Assembly (NCBI GenBank): GCA_009780065.1 | Contig: WRAS01000005.1 | Span: 7,013-71,012 of the forward strand | Length of the DNA: 64,000 bases | Direction of reading: 5' to 3' | DNA from: Bacillota bacterium | GTDB lineage: Bacteria > Bacillota > Clostridia > Christensenellales > UBA1242 | In this document: piece by piece, positions 1 to 7,225 of the stretch | How the letters are laid out: each line of letters opens with the position of its first letter | Numbering within the stretch: position 1 is the first letter of the stretch | The notes under the pieces: model-generated | What the model was told of the DNA's origin: nothing | Databases searched by the model: none | The model's input: the letters and a program-made list of their open reading frames with translations, nothing else | Position numbers and translations under genes: made by a program

Positions 1-628
1 CAATCAATAGAACATCTATGTTTCGGTATGCCGTGCGAAAACTGGCGACCGTTTTATTTTTTAATGCCTCGACATAGTCATTTGTAAATTTTTCACATGT
101 TGCAAGCGCGATTTTCAATTTCGGATTGTTTTCCCCAATGTGATTGGCAATTGCGTTTAATAAATGCGTTTTTCCAAGACCGCTTCCACCATATATAAAC
201 AGGGGATTAATACGTTTGGCGGGATTGTTTGCAACCGATTCGGCGGCGGCCGCCACAACCTCGTTACTTTTACCCACGATGAAACTCTCGAATGTTTGTA
301 GAGGATTTATTATACTGAATTTACCTACCGTGGTTTGGGGCTTTTTGACTTCCTTTTCTGTTGTATATCTTTCTTCTTTTTCCACGCCGTCTATGATAAT
401 TACTTTTTCCACGATAGGTGCGGCTTCTTTTATTTCATATTCGATATGTGGGAAATGCCTGTCGTTCATGGCCTGCTGCTTGCCCATGGATGTTTGTGCC
501 GACAAAACAAATTCCCCATTGGAAAATTCCTCGGCTTCTAGGGGCTTAATCCATAAATCGAAACTGATGGAACTGACTTTGTCCATTACCTTTTTCTTTG
601 CGCTTTTCCAAATTTGCTTTATATCCAT
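1..628 (-). CDS. dnaA: Chromosomal replication initiator DnaA, 5' part (about 209 codons; gene runs off the left edge of the window)
   Basis: Not in the ORF track because it is open at the window edge. Manual minus-strand translation from the ATG at 628-626 gives MDIKQIWKSAKKKVMDKVSSISFDLWIKPLEAEEFSNGEFVLSAQTSMGK... It continues to ...INPLFIYGGSGLGKTHLLNAIANHIGENNPKLKIALATCEKFTNDYVEAL, which is the DnaA AAA+ Walker A block. Confidence 0.9.
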   Translation of the reverse strand, partial: MDIKQIWKSAKKKVMDKVSSISFDLWIKPLEAEEFSNGEFVLSAQTSMGKQQAMNDRHFPHIEYEIKEAAPIVEKVIIIDGVEKEERYTTEKEVKKPQTTVGKFSIINPLQTFESFIVGKSNEVVAAAAESVANNPAKRINPLFIYGGSGLGKTHLLNAIANHIGENNPKLKIALATCEKFTNDYVEALKNKTVASFRTAYRNIDVLLI

Positions 629-635
629 TGCGCAA

Positions 636-664
636 AGTTTAACACATATCCACATAATTAACAA
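636..664 (-). promoter_or_regulatory. Putative dnaA promoter TTGTTA-17-TAAACT, ending 7 nt before the dnaA ATG, with a DnaA-box-like site in the spacer
   Basis: Read on the minus strand: TTGTTA (664-659), a 17-nt spacer, TAAACT (641-636), then TTGCGCA and the ATG. ATATCCACA at 646-654 matches 8 of 9 positions of TTATCCACA. No Shine-Dalgarno precedes the ATG. Confidence 0.45.
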
Positions 665-715
665 GATGTAATAACGGTCAGAACCATAGTCGTCATTGCA
701 CATTACTGCATTAGT

Positions 716-864
716 GTCACCCCGAGCGAAGCCGAGGGGCCAGCACGCGAAGCGTGCGTAATTATTCTCAATTTAATGTTTCATGTTATGATAATTATCA
801 CGCTCCCTTTGGTCGCTGGGTCCCTCCGCTTCGTCTCGTTTCACTCGACTTCGGTCGGGATGAC
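716..864. repeat. GC-rich imperfect palindrome (two ~50-70 nt arms around an AT-rich centre) in the dnaA-dnaN intergenic region
   Basis: The left arm GTCACCCCGAGCGAAGCCGAG (716-736) compared with the reverse complement of 844-864 (GTCATCCCGACCGAAGTCGAG) matches at 18 of 21 positions. Both arms contain small hairpins with GAA/UUCG-type loops (CACGC-GAA-GCGTG; CGAC-TTCG-GTCG). The composition contrasts sharply with the AT-rich flanks. Confidence 0.6.
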
Positions 865-977
865 AATAATGTTATGTATGCTTCACAAATACAGCAATAT
901 TTTACTGTTATTTCCCTTGTCACAAATCGTGGATTTTGGTAAAATTGTTGTATATGTAACTAAGAGAGGTATACACA

Positions 978-2075
978 ATGAAATTAATTTTAGATGGTCT
1001 TGATTTAGCCGATGCGGTCGCAACCGTTTCTCGTGCGACATCAGCAAGAACTATTAACCCAATTTTAGAGGGAATTAAATTAACAGCCAAGGGTGGCGAA
1101 TTAACATTGTCTGCAACTGATTTAGAGGTCTATACAAAGAAAACAATCCGCGCAGACATAAAACAAGATGGTGAGGTTATTGTGCCGGGTCGTCTGTTCG
1201 CAGATTATGTAAAAAAATTGGAAAAAAGTCAAATCACAATTACCAGTGACGGTGCAACCGTGGTAATTAACCACGGCGATAACGTCTGTAACTTTCAATG
1301 TTTAATGATCGAGGAATATCCAGACATCGTGACATTAAAAGCCAAACCACATTTTTCTATAAAAAGCGAGGCATTAAAAGACCTTATTGCCAAAACAACG
1401 TTCAGTGCGTCTGCAGATGACGCGCGTCCAGTTTTAAAAGGTGTGTTATGTGAAATTGAGGGTGAGAAGATAACCGCAGTTGCGTTGGATGGATTCCGTC
1501 TGTCGCGAGTAACAAAAACCATCGCAAATCACAAAGAAGATTTAAAAGTAATTATCCCAGCCCGTAGTTTGGACGAGGTTCGAAAATTACTGGCTGATGA
1601 CAATGGTGAAATTAACATCGTAATTGAAAACAAATTCTTTCAAATTAACATCGGAAATACAACATTTGCAAGTCGCTTGATTGACGGTGAATATATCAAT
1701 TACAAACAAATTATCCCCGCATCTTTCATGGCGGATGTGGTAACCGAATGCGCCGGGTTCGAAGAAGCTGTTTCGCGTGCGGGATTATTAGTTCGAAGTG
1801 ACCGCATTAATCTGGTGACATTAAAGGTCGCGGACAAAACAATCTTGATCACGTCCACAAACGAAATAGGAAAAATTAATGAACGCGTACCTGCTAGCCT
1901 TACCGGTAAAGATATGACAATATCATTTAATGCAAAGTATTTGTTCGATGTCCTGCGAAACACTAGCACAGATTTTATTAAATTATCTTTTAGTGGTGAA
2001 TTATCCCCATGTGTAATTACCAGTGCGAAAGAGGGTGATTTTTTGTTCCTTGTATTGCCAATCAGAATGAATTAA
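978..2075 (+). CDS. dnaN: DNA polymerase III beta sliding clamp
   Basis: 365-aa ORF. N-terminus MKLILDG..LADAVATVSRATSARTINPILEGIKLTAKGGELTLSATDLEV and overall length are typical of DnaN. SD-like AGAGAGG lies upstream. Confidence 0.95.
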   Translation: MKLILDGLDLADAVATVSRATSARTINPILEGIKLTAKGGELTLSATDLEVYTKKTIRADIKQDGEVIVPGRLFADYVKKLEKSQITITSDGATVVINHGDNVCNFQCLMIEEYPDIVTLKAKPHFSIKSEALKDLIAKTTFSASADDARPVLKGVLCEIEGEKITAVALDGFRLSRVTKTIANHKEDLKVIIPARSLDEVRKLLADDNGEINIVIENKFFQINIGNTTFASRLIDGEYINYKQIIPASFMADVVTECAGFEEAVSRAGLLVRSDRINLVTLKVADKTILITSTNEIGKINERVPASLTGKDMTISFNAKYLFDVLRNTSTDFIKLSFSGELSPCVITSAKEGDFLFLVLPIRMN

Positions 2076-2080
2076 AACTA

Positions 2081-2110
2081 TTGACCTTATGACTGTTTTT
2101 ATTATATAAT
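2081..2110 (+). promoter_or_regulatory. Sigma-70-type promoter TTGACC-18-TATAAT upstream of rpmH
   Basis: TTGACC at 2081-2086 and TATAAT at 2105-2110. Confidence 0.55.
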
Positions 2111-2141
2111 GGTGCTTGTAACACTTTAAAAGGAATAAATC

Positions 2142-2276
2142 ATGAAAAGAACCTACCAACCTAAAAAAAGACAACGTTCAAAAGTACACGGATTCCGTGC
2201 ACGTATGAAAACGGCAACAGGACGTCGTGTGTTAAAGCGCAGACGTGCACGCGGAAGAAAAACCCTTACGGCGTAA
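2142..2276 (+). CDS. rpmH: 50S ribosomal protein L34
   Basis: Below the ORF-track size cutoff. Manual translation gives [44 protein letters not shown] (44 aa), preceded by AAGGAA. Confidence 0.95.
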   Translation: MKRTYQPKKRQRSKVHGFRARMKTATGRRVLKRRRARGRKTLTA

Positions 2277-2298
2277 TCGTATCTTTTAACATTTTTAA

Positions 2299-2324
2299 AA
2301 ACATCCTACGTGGATGTTTTTTGT
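2299..2324 (+). terminator. Intrinsic terminator after rpmH
   Basis: AACATCC-TACG-TGGATGTT hairpin followed by a T-run. Confidence 0.7.
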
Positions 2325-2422
2325 TGTACCAAAGTTCTGCAATGTGGTGTATTTGATATTTGGCAAGGTATATTTTTATTTTTGACCTTTGCACAATCTG
2401 TTCATTTATGATAAACTAGCAA

Positions 2423-2761
2423 ATGCTGTCCAAACAATATCGTCTAAAAAAGCGCAAATCTTTTAACTATATATATAAGAAGGGAAAGCACGTCGGCAAC
2501 GAAACCCTTGCCCTTGTATTTGTTGCTGCCAAGATGAAGCACATAAAGATAGGGTTCTCGGTTTCTAAGAAAGTTGGTAACAGCGTCACCCGACACAAAG
2601 CCACGCGGAAAATGCGTGCGGCGTGCAGACCACTTGTACCAATGATAAAAGAAAACCATTCAATTATATTTGTGGCAAAAGAAGGTGTTGAAAAAAAGCA
2701 TGTAACCGAAATTACCCAAGCCATGGCAAATACACTTAGAAGGGCAGGATTAATGTCATGA
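2423..2761 (+). CDS. rnpA: Ribonuclease P protein component
   Basis: 112 aa, basic, with KKVGNSVTRHKATRKMR (RNase P protein RNR-type motif). It sits in the canonical position after rpmH. TG-A-TAAACT (-10, 2412-2417) lies 5 nt upstream of the ATG and there is no SD. Confidence 0.9.
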   Translation: MLSKQYRLKKRKSFNYIYKKGKHVGNETLALVFVAAKMKHIKIGFSVSKKVGNSVTRHKATRKMRAACRPLVPMIKENHSIIFVAKEGVEKKHVTEITQAMANTLRRAGLMS

Positions 2762-3051
2762 AAAAAATCATTGAGTTTTTTGCACTTTTTCCTATATACT
2801 TCTACAGGTTTGTTATTAAGCCATGGTTGCCAAAAAGTTGTGCCTTTACACCCACATGTTCCGAGTACACGATATTGGCGATAAAGCAGCACGGTATATT
2901 CATTGGATGGATGCTTGGGGTATGGAGAATATTGCGGTGTAACCCATTTAACAAGAACGCCTATGGCTATGACCCCGTACCCAAAACCTTAAGAAGAAAA
3001 AAGTCCATTCAACAGGACATCGAAAGCCCAAAAGGAGACCTAAATGTTTAA
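2758..3051 (+). CDS. yidD: Membrane protein insertion efficiency factor YidD
   Basis: FYRFVIKPWLPKSCAFTPTCSEYTILAIKQHG...ILRCNPF matches the YidD signature. Its start overlaps the rnpA stop (ATGA). Confidence 0.9.
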   Translation: MKKIIEFFALFPIYFYRFVIKPWLPKSCAFTPTCSEYTILAIKQHGIFIGWMLGVWRILRCNPFNKNAYGYDPVPKTLRRKKSIQQDIESPKGDLNV

Positions 3052-4207
3052 CTTAATCTCAGCCCTTGTATTTCCAGCAGGCAGTGGAATTCGCGGCATA
3101 GTATTTTCCAGTATTTCATGGATTTATTCATGGACAGGCAGTTACGGTCTGGCAATCATTATGTTTACATTGTTTTTGCGTGTTGCGTTTATCCCGCTTG
3201 ATTTTGCAACAAAGTACTTTACCAAACGAAACAGTATTCGTATGGCAGAATTAAAGCCAGAGGAAGAACGTTTAAAAAACACCTATGCCGATGACCCGAT
3301 GGGTCTGCAACGTGCACGCCAAGAGATGTATAAAAAACACGGTGCAGGTATGGGCGGATTTTGCCTGTTTACCATTTTGAACCTTGTCGTTATGATGGTT
3401 ATATTCATTAACGTGTTCCAAGGTTTAAACCAAATCAGTCACTTTAACGTGAATAATCAATATACTCATCTGCAAGGTGTTTACCAAGAGTGGAGACAAC
3501 AAGGTTATACACGAGAACAATTGGCGGAAAACGAATACTTCCATGCCGAAATAAACCAGGTATTTAACGATACCACACCAAGTTTCCTGTGGGTTTCCAA
3601 TATGTGGCGTCCAGATGCACCATGGACACGCCAAGCACTTAACTGGAGCCAATTCCAAAGTGCAATAAATAATGTCCACAGTGATTATCGCGTAACCGCA
3701 TTATCTACAAGTCAGAATCTGGAAAGCGAGTATAATTTTATATTTTCCAACATTGATGCATCCGCTCGTCGTTGGAATGGTTTCTTGTTATTTGTTTTAT
3801 TGGCGGGTGCTACAACGTATTTCTCGGTCGTACTTAACGCAAAAATGATGAAGGCACGAGACAAAGAGAAGAAGGAAAACGAGGAAAAAGAAGCTGGTTA
3901 CAGCATTCGCGATGCATTGGTCGAAACACCAGCCGGAACAAAAGCACCAATCTCGCCAATGGACCCCGCAATGATGGGGAAAATGATGAAATTCATGATG
4001 CCCGTTATTATGATAATTTTTACACTTACCAACACCGCTGCACTTGCGATTTATATTACGATGAGCAGTTTATTCGCAACCCTAATCGGTCTTGGTCTGA
4101 ATAAATTGGTGGAATTAATAATTAAAAAGCAAGAATCAAAGAAAAAAGAAAAACAGCCGGACATGACAATAATAAATCCACATGCAAAATACTTTAAAAA
4201 TAAGTAA
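3044..4207 (+). CDS. yidC: YidC/Oxa1-family membrane protein insertase
   Basis: 387 aa, multi-pass, in conserved rnpA-yidD-yidC context, with a basic C-terminal tail. SD AAAGGAG upstream. Confidence 0.85.
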   Translation: MFNLISALVFPAGSGIRGIVFSSISWIYSWTGSYGLAIIMFTLFLRVAFIPLDFATKYFTKRNSIRMAELKPEEERLKNTYADDPMGLQRARQEMYKKHGAGMGGFCLFTILNLVVMMVIFINVFQGLNQISHFNVNNQYTHLQGVYQEWRQQGYTREQLAENEYFHAEINQVFNDTTPSFLWVSNMWRPDAPWTRQALNWSQFQSAINNVHSDYRVTALSTSQNLESEYNFIFSNIDASARRWNGFLLFVLLAGATTYFSVVLNAKMMKARDKEKKENEEKEAGYSIRDALVETPAGTKAPISPMDPAMMGKMMKFMMPVIMIIFTLTNTAALAIYITMSSLFATLIGLGLNKLVELIIKKQESKKKEKQPDMTIINPHAKYFKNK

Positions 4208-4266
4208 TGTACAAAATTATATGCATTGTGATAAACTTGCACATAATTTCTAAAGAAGGAGTTGAC

Positions 4267-5079
4267 ATGGCTAAATCAATCGAAACCAGCGCAAAAACAA
4301 TAGACGAAGCGGTAAATGACGGACTGGAACAACTTGGTGCTTCGTACGAAGATGTGGACGTGGAAATCATTTCCGGTGGCGGGATGTTCAAAAAAGCAAA
4401 GGTTAAATTAACACTGAAAGAAGGTGTTAAAATTGAACCCGAGGTTAAAACAGAAGTTAAACAAGAAACACCAACCCCTGCGCCTGTTAAAATCGAAGAA
4501 ACAAAAATTGAAACAAAATCTGAGGTGGCTAGAACAGAGCAAACACAAAAGCCAATTCCGCAAAAACCTGTGCCGCAAAAAACGCCTGCAACGCCTATAT
4601 CTGCGGGTTCATCCGCCAAGTTGGATGCGTGTGTGGATTTTGTTACGAAAATTCTTGCTGGGTTGGAAAATGATGCAACGATATCCTGCGAAACCAATGA
4701 CCGAGGATACATTATCAACATCAGCGGTGAGGATGTTGGCAGACTTATTGGGAAGGGTGGTGAAGCACTTAATGCCTTGCAAACACTTGTCAGTTCAATT
4801 GCAATCAATAATGCAAAAGGCGATAATAAACGTGTTTACGTAAATATCGAAAACTATCACGAGAAAAGAACAGACACATTAAAAGCACTTGCACAAAAGA
4901 AAGCGGAATACGTACTTAGAACCGGTAAGCGCATAACATTGGAACCTATGACAGCGCGCGAACGTGCAATAATACACACCGCTGTCCAAGAAATTACCGG
5001 CGTAAAAAGTTACAGTTTTGGCGAGGGTGTTAACCGACGTTTATGTATCGCAGTGGATAACGGGGAATCCAAAAAATAA
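4267..5079 (+). CDS. jag: Jag/KhpB RNA-binding protein (Jag_N, KH and R3H domains)
   Basis: The start is chosen at the ATG after GAAGGAG. MAKSIETSAKTIDEAVNDGLEQLG is Jag_N-like, GRLIGKGGEALNALQTLV is a KH motif, and the C-terminal R3H-like region is ERAIIHTAVQE. It follows yidC as in many Bacillota. Confidence 0.85.
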   Translation: MAKSIETSAKTIDEAVNDGLEQLGASYEDVDVEIISGGGMFKKAKVKLTLKEGVKIEPEVKTEVKQETPTPAPVKIEETKIETKSEVARTEQTQKPIPQKPVPQKTPATPISAGSSAKLDACVDFVTKILAGLENDATISCETNDRGYIINISGEDVGRLIGKGGEALNALQTLVSSIAINNAKGDNKRVYVNIENYHEKRTDTLKALAQKKAEYVLRTGKRITLEPMTARERAIIHTAVQEITGVKSYSFGEGVNRRLCIAVDNGESKK

Positions 5080-5556
5080 ATGTTTAACGTAATATTAGTT
5101 TTTATGATTCTGCTGACCGTATGGTATACCAGTGCCATCGCAACCACCATAGTTTCGCGGGTAGACCCATATTACAAAGGCAAACTAGTCCGTGGAAAAG
5201 AGGGTTGTTTTTGCGATCATTGCGGCGATGTGATTCAAACCGTGCATACATTTCCTGTAACCGGATATTTAATGCTTCGGGGGAAAACAAAATGTTGTGA
5301 AAAACCTATCCCGCGAATTTATCTTTGGGTTGAGATTTCCATGTTTTTGTACCAGTTAGTTGTGCTGTATTTTCTGGCTCATCGTCCATTGATTTGTGCA
5401 GCGGTCATGTTTGGTGGGATTGTTGTTGGACTTTTTATTTTTTGTGTTCACAAATATGGGATTCGTTTTAATTACAAACATTTTATAATCAGTCAATTTT
5501 TCATGATTGTCGCATTTTTATGTATTAGTATGTTTTTATTAGCATTTCAAATTTAA
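5080..5556 (+). CDS. Membrane protein with a prepilin-peptidase N-terminal (DiS_P_DiS-like, CxxC...CC) domain; no obvious A24 catalytic domain
   Basis: CDHCGDVIQTVHTFPVTGYLMLRGKTKCCEKPIPRIYLWVEI resembles the N-terminal zinc-binding domain of PilD/ComC-type peptidases. It is followed only by hydrophobic helices. Confidence 0.5.
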   Translation: MFNVILVFMILLTVWYTSAIATTIVSRVDPYYKGKLVRGKEGCFCDHCGDVIQTVHTFPVTGYLMLRGKTKCCEKPIPRIYLWVEISMFLYQLVVLYFLAHRPLICAAVMFGGIVVGLFIFCVHKYGIRFNYKHFIISQFFMIVAFLCISMFLLAFQI

Positions 5557-5614
5557 AAGTCTTATTAAAATTTACATTTGTCAATAATTGAACATTACTG
5601 TATACTTCCCCAGT

Positions 5615-6646
5615 ATGATAAATATGAGAACAAAACAAACACAAATCATCTGCACCATAGGTCCGGCAAGTAATAAGGAAGACACAATAGCACAAATGGC
5701 ACGCGTAGGCATGAACATTGCCCGTGTAAATTGCAGCCACGGCGGAGCAGAAGGTAATCGACATGTTTTTGAAGTATTGAAAAAGACTCGTGAAAAACAT
5801 GGACTTGATTTTAAAATTATGCTGGATACAAAGGGTCCAGACGTACGTATCGGAACATTCAAAGAGGGTGGTGTTGATTTAAAGTCCGGTGATATCTTTA
5901 CGCTTACAACCGACGAATGTGAAGGCACCAAAAACCGTGTGTGGATTAATTGTCCGCCGCTCCCAAAAAAGGTAGCAGTTGGCCAGCCAATTTTACTAAG
6001 CGACGGTATGATTCATGTTGTAGTCACAGAAGTAAAGGGCAACGACGTAATAACCAAAATCGAAATAGGTGGACGATTAACCGACCGCAAAACCGCGTTC
6101 GCACCAAACTGTGACCTTGGTTTGCCATTCATGGCAGATTATGATAAACATGATTTGATTCTTGGAAAAAAATATGGTGCGGAACTGGTGGCAGCAAGTT
6201 TCGTAGGCAATGGTGCAGATTTGGACGAAATGAATGAATTCATGCGAAAGAATAAATGCGAAATGCCAATTATATCTAAAATCGAATCCAGTGACGGAAT
6301 TAAAAACCTGGATGAAATTTTGCAGCGTACATGGGGAATTATGGTTGCGCGCGGGGATCTTGGCGTGGAATATCCTATTGAACAGATTCCGACATTGCAG
6401 AAACTGATTGTGACTAAAACACGTGAGGTAGGAAAATTCTGTGTAGTTGCAACAGAAATGATGGAGAGTATGGTTTCCAGACCCCGCCCAACACGTGCCG
6501 AAGTTACCGATGTAGCCAACGCAGTCTGGCAGGACGCATCCGCAGTCATGTTGTCCGCAGAATCCGCAACCGGAAATTTCCCCGTGGAGACGGTAACCTA
6601 TATGTCCAAAATCGTAATGGAAGCAGAGAAAAGCAAAACAAATTAA
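5615..6646 (+). CDS. pyk: Pyruvate kinase, short form (A and B domains only)
   Basis: MRTKQTQIICTIGPAS...MNIARVNCSHGG...MVARGDLGVE are pyruvate kinase motifs. The ORF ends where the C-terminal domain normally begins. The start is ambiguous between 5615 (MINMRTK) and 5624. Promoter TTGTCA-17-TATACT lies at 5578-5606. Confidence 0.85.
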   Translation: MINMRTKQTQIICTIGPASNKEDTIAQMARVGMNIARVNCSHGGAEGNRHVFEVLKKTREKHGLDFKIMLDTKGPDVRIGTFKEGGVDLKSGDIFTLTTDECEGTKNRVWINCPPLPKKVAVGQPILLSDGMIHVVVTEVKGNDVITKIEIGGRLTDRKTAFAPNCDLGLPFMADYDKHDLILGKKYGAELVAASFVGNGADLDEMNEFMRKNKCEMPIISKIESSDGIKNLDEILQRTWGIMVARGDLGVEYPIEQIPTLQKLIVTKTREVGKFCVVATEMMESMVSRPRPTRAEVTDVANAVWQDASAVMLSAESATGNFPVETVTYMSKIVMEAEKSKTN

Positions 6647-6667
6647 AAAGGCGATTGCCTTTTTTGT
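6645..6667 (+). terminator. Intrinsic terminator after pyk
   Basis: AAGGC-GATT-GCCTT hairpin plus T-run. Confidence 0.55.
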
Positions 6668-6730
6668 TTTGTAATGATGAAAGAGTAGACAGTCTGAACA
6701 ATTATTTATAAAATAATGCAAAGGAGACAA

Positions 6731-7216
6731 ATGAAGAAAAAATTAATCATTATAATCCCAATAATTGTGGTCATCGTCGGAATATCAATATTATCATCCA
6801 TCATGTTTTTGGGCTGGGGTCGAAGTAATGCCACCGAGGATGATTTTTCCCTAACGATATCAGTAAGAGAAACAACCGTGCAGGCGGGGGATCGAATTTA
6901 TATTGACATATCATTGAAAAATCACACATGGCGAGCGCAGAGGATTTCGCATTGGAGAATTTTTTGTCCATATATAGCAGATGTGTATGACCATAGTGAT
7001 CACACTCCATTTGGTCTTCCTTTCTCTAGTCGTATAAGAAAAAAGGGAGTGCTCGACACTGGTTTTTGGAATTTATATACACTGCGTATACCAAACGACA
7101 CAAAAATTGGAGAGCATGATTTGTTAGTAAGAACTCTATTTTGGTTTAGTACTGGTAGGTCCAGCTATCGAACAATAGAATTGTCTTCTAACGTAGTTAA
7201 AATTAAGATAATTTAA
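6731..7216 (+). CDS. Hypothetical membrane-anchored or exported protein
   Basis: The start is taken at the ATG 6 nt after AAGGAG. N-terminal MKKKLIIIIPIIVVIVGISILSSIMFLGW looks like a signal anchor. No family was recognised. Confidence 0.6.
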   Translation: MKKKLIIIIPIIVVIVGISILSSIMFLGWGRSNATEDDFSLTISVRETTVQAGDRIYIDISLKNHTWRAQRISHWRIFCPYIADVYDHSDHTPFGLPFSSRIRKKGVLDTGFWNLYTLRIPNDTKIGEHDLLVRTLFWFSTGRSSYRTIELSSNVVKIKII

Positions 7217-7225
7217 GGAAAAAAT

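Noticed and set aside
144-671. 175-aa plus-strand ORF (and 335..541) at the left edge
   Set aside because: It lies antisense to a clearly recognisable dnaA reading frame (Walker A GSGLGKTHLL on the minus strand). Its product is hydrophobic and low-complexity and shows no motifs.
709-721. A fourth copy of the E element upstream of dnaA
   Set aside because: Only about 12 nt (CATTAGTGT-CAC) resemble the outer end of E1 and E2. The remainder does not align convincingly, and a match of this length with one indel is near chance expectation.
4194-4808. 204-aa minus-strand ORF and 4424..4843 plus-strand ORF
   Set aside because: Both overlap the jag/KhpB gene and are shadow frames of its repetitive P/K/E/T-rich linker. 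Neither has a ribosome-binding site.
6077-6730. 217-aa and 136-aa minus-strand ORFs
   Set aside because: They lie antisense to the pyruvate kinase gene, which has unmistakable motifs.
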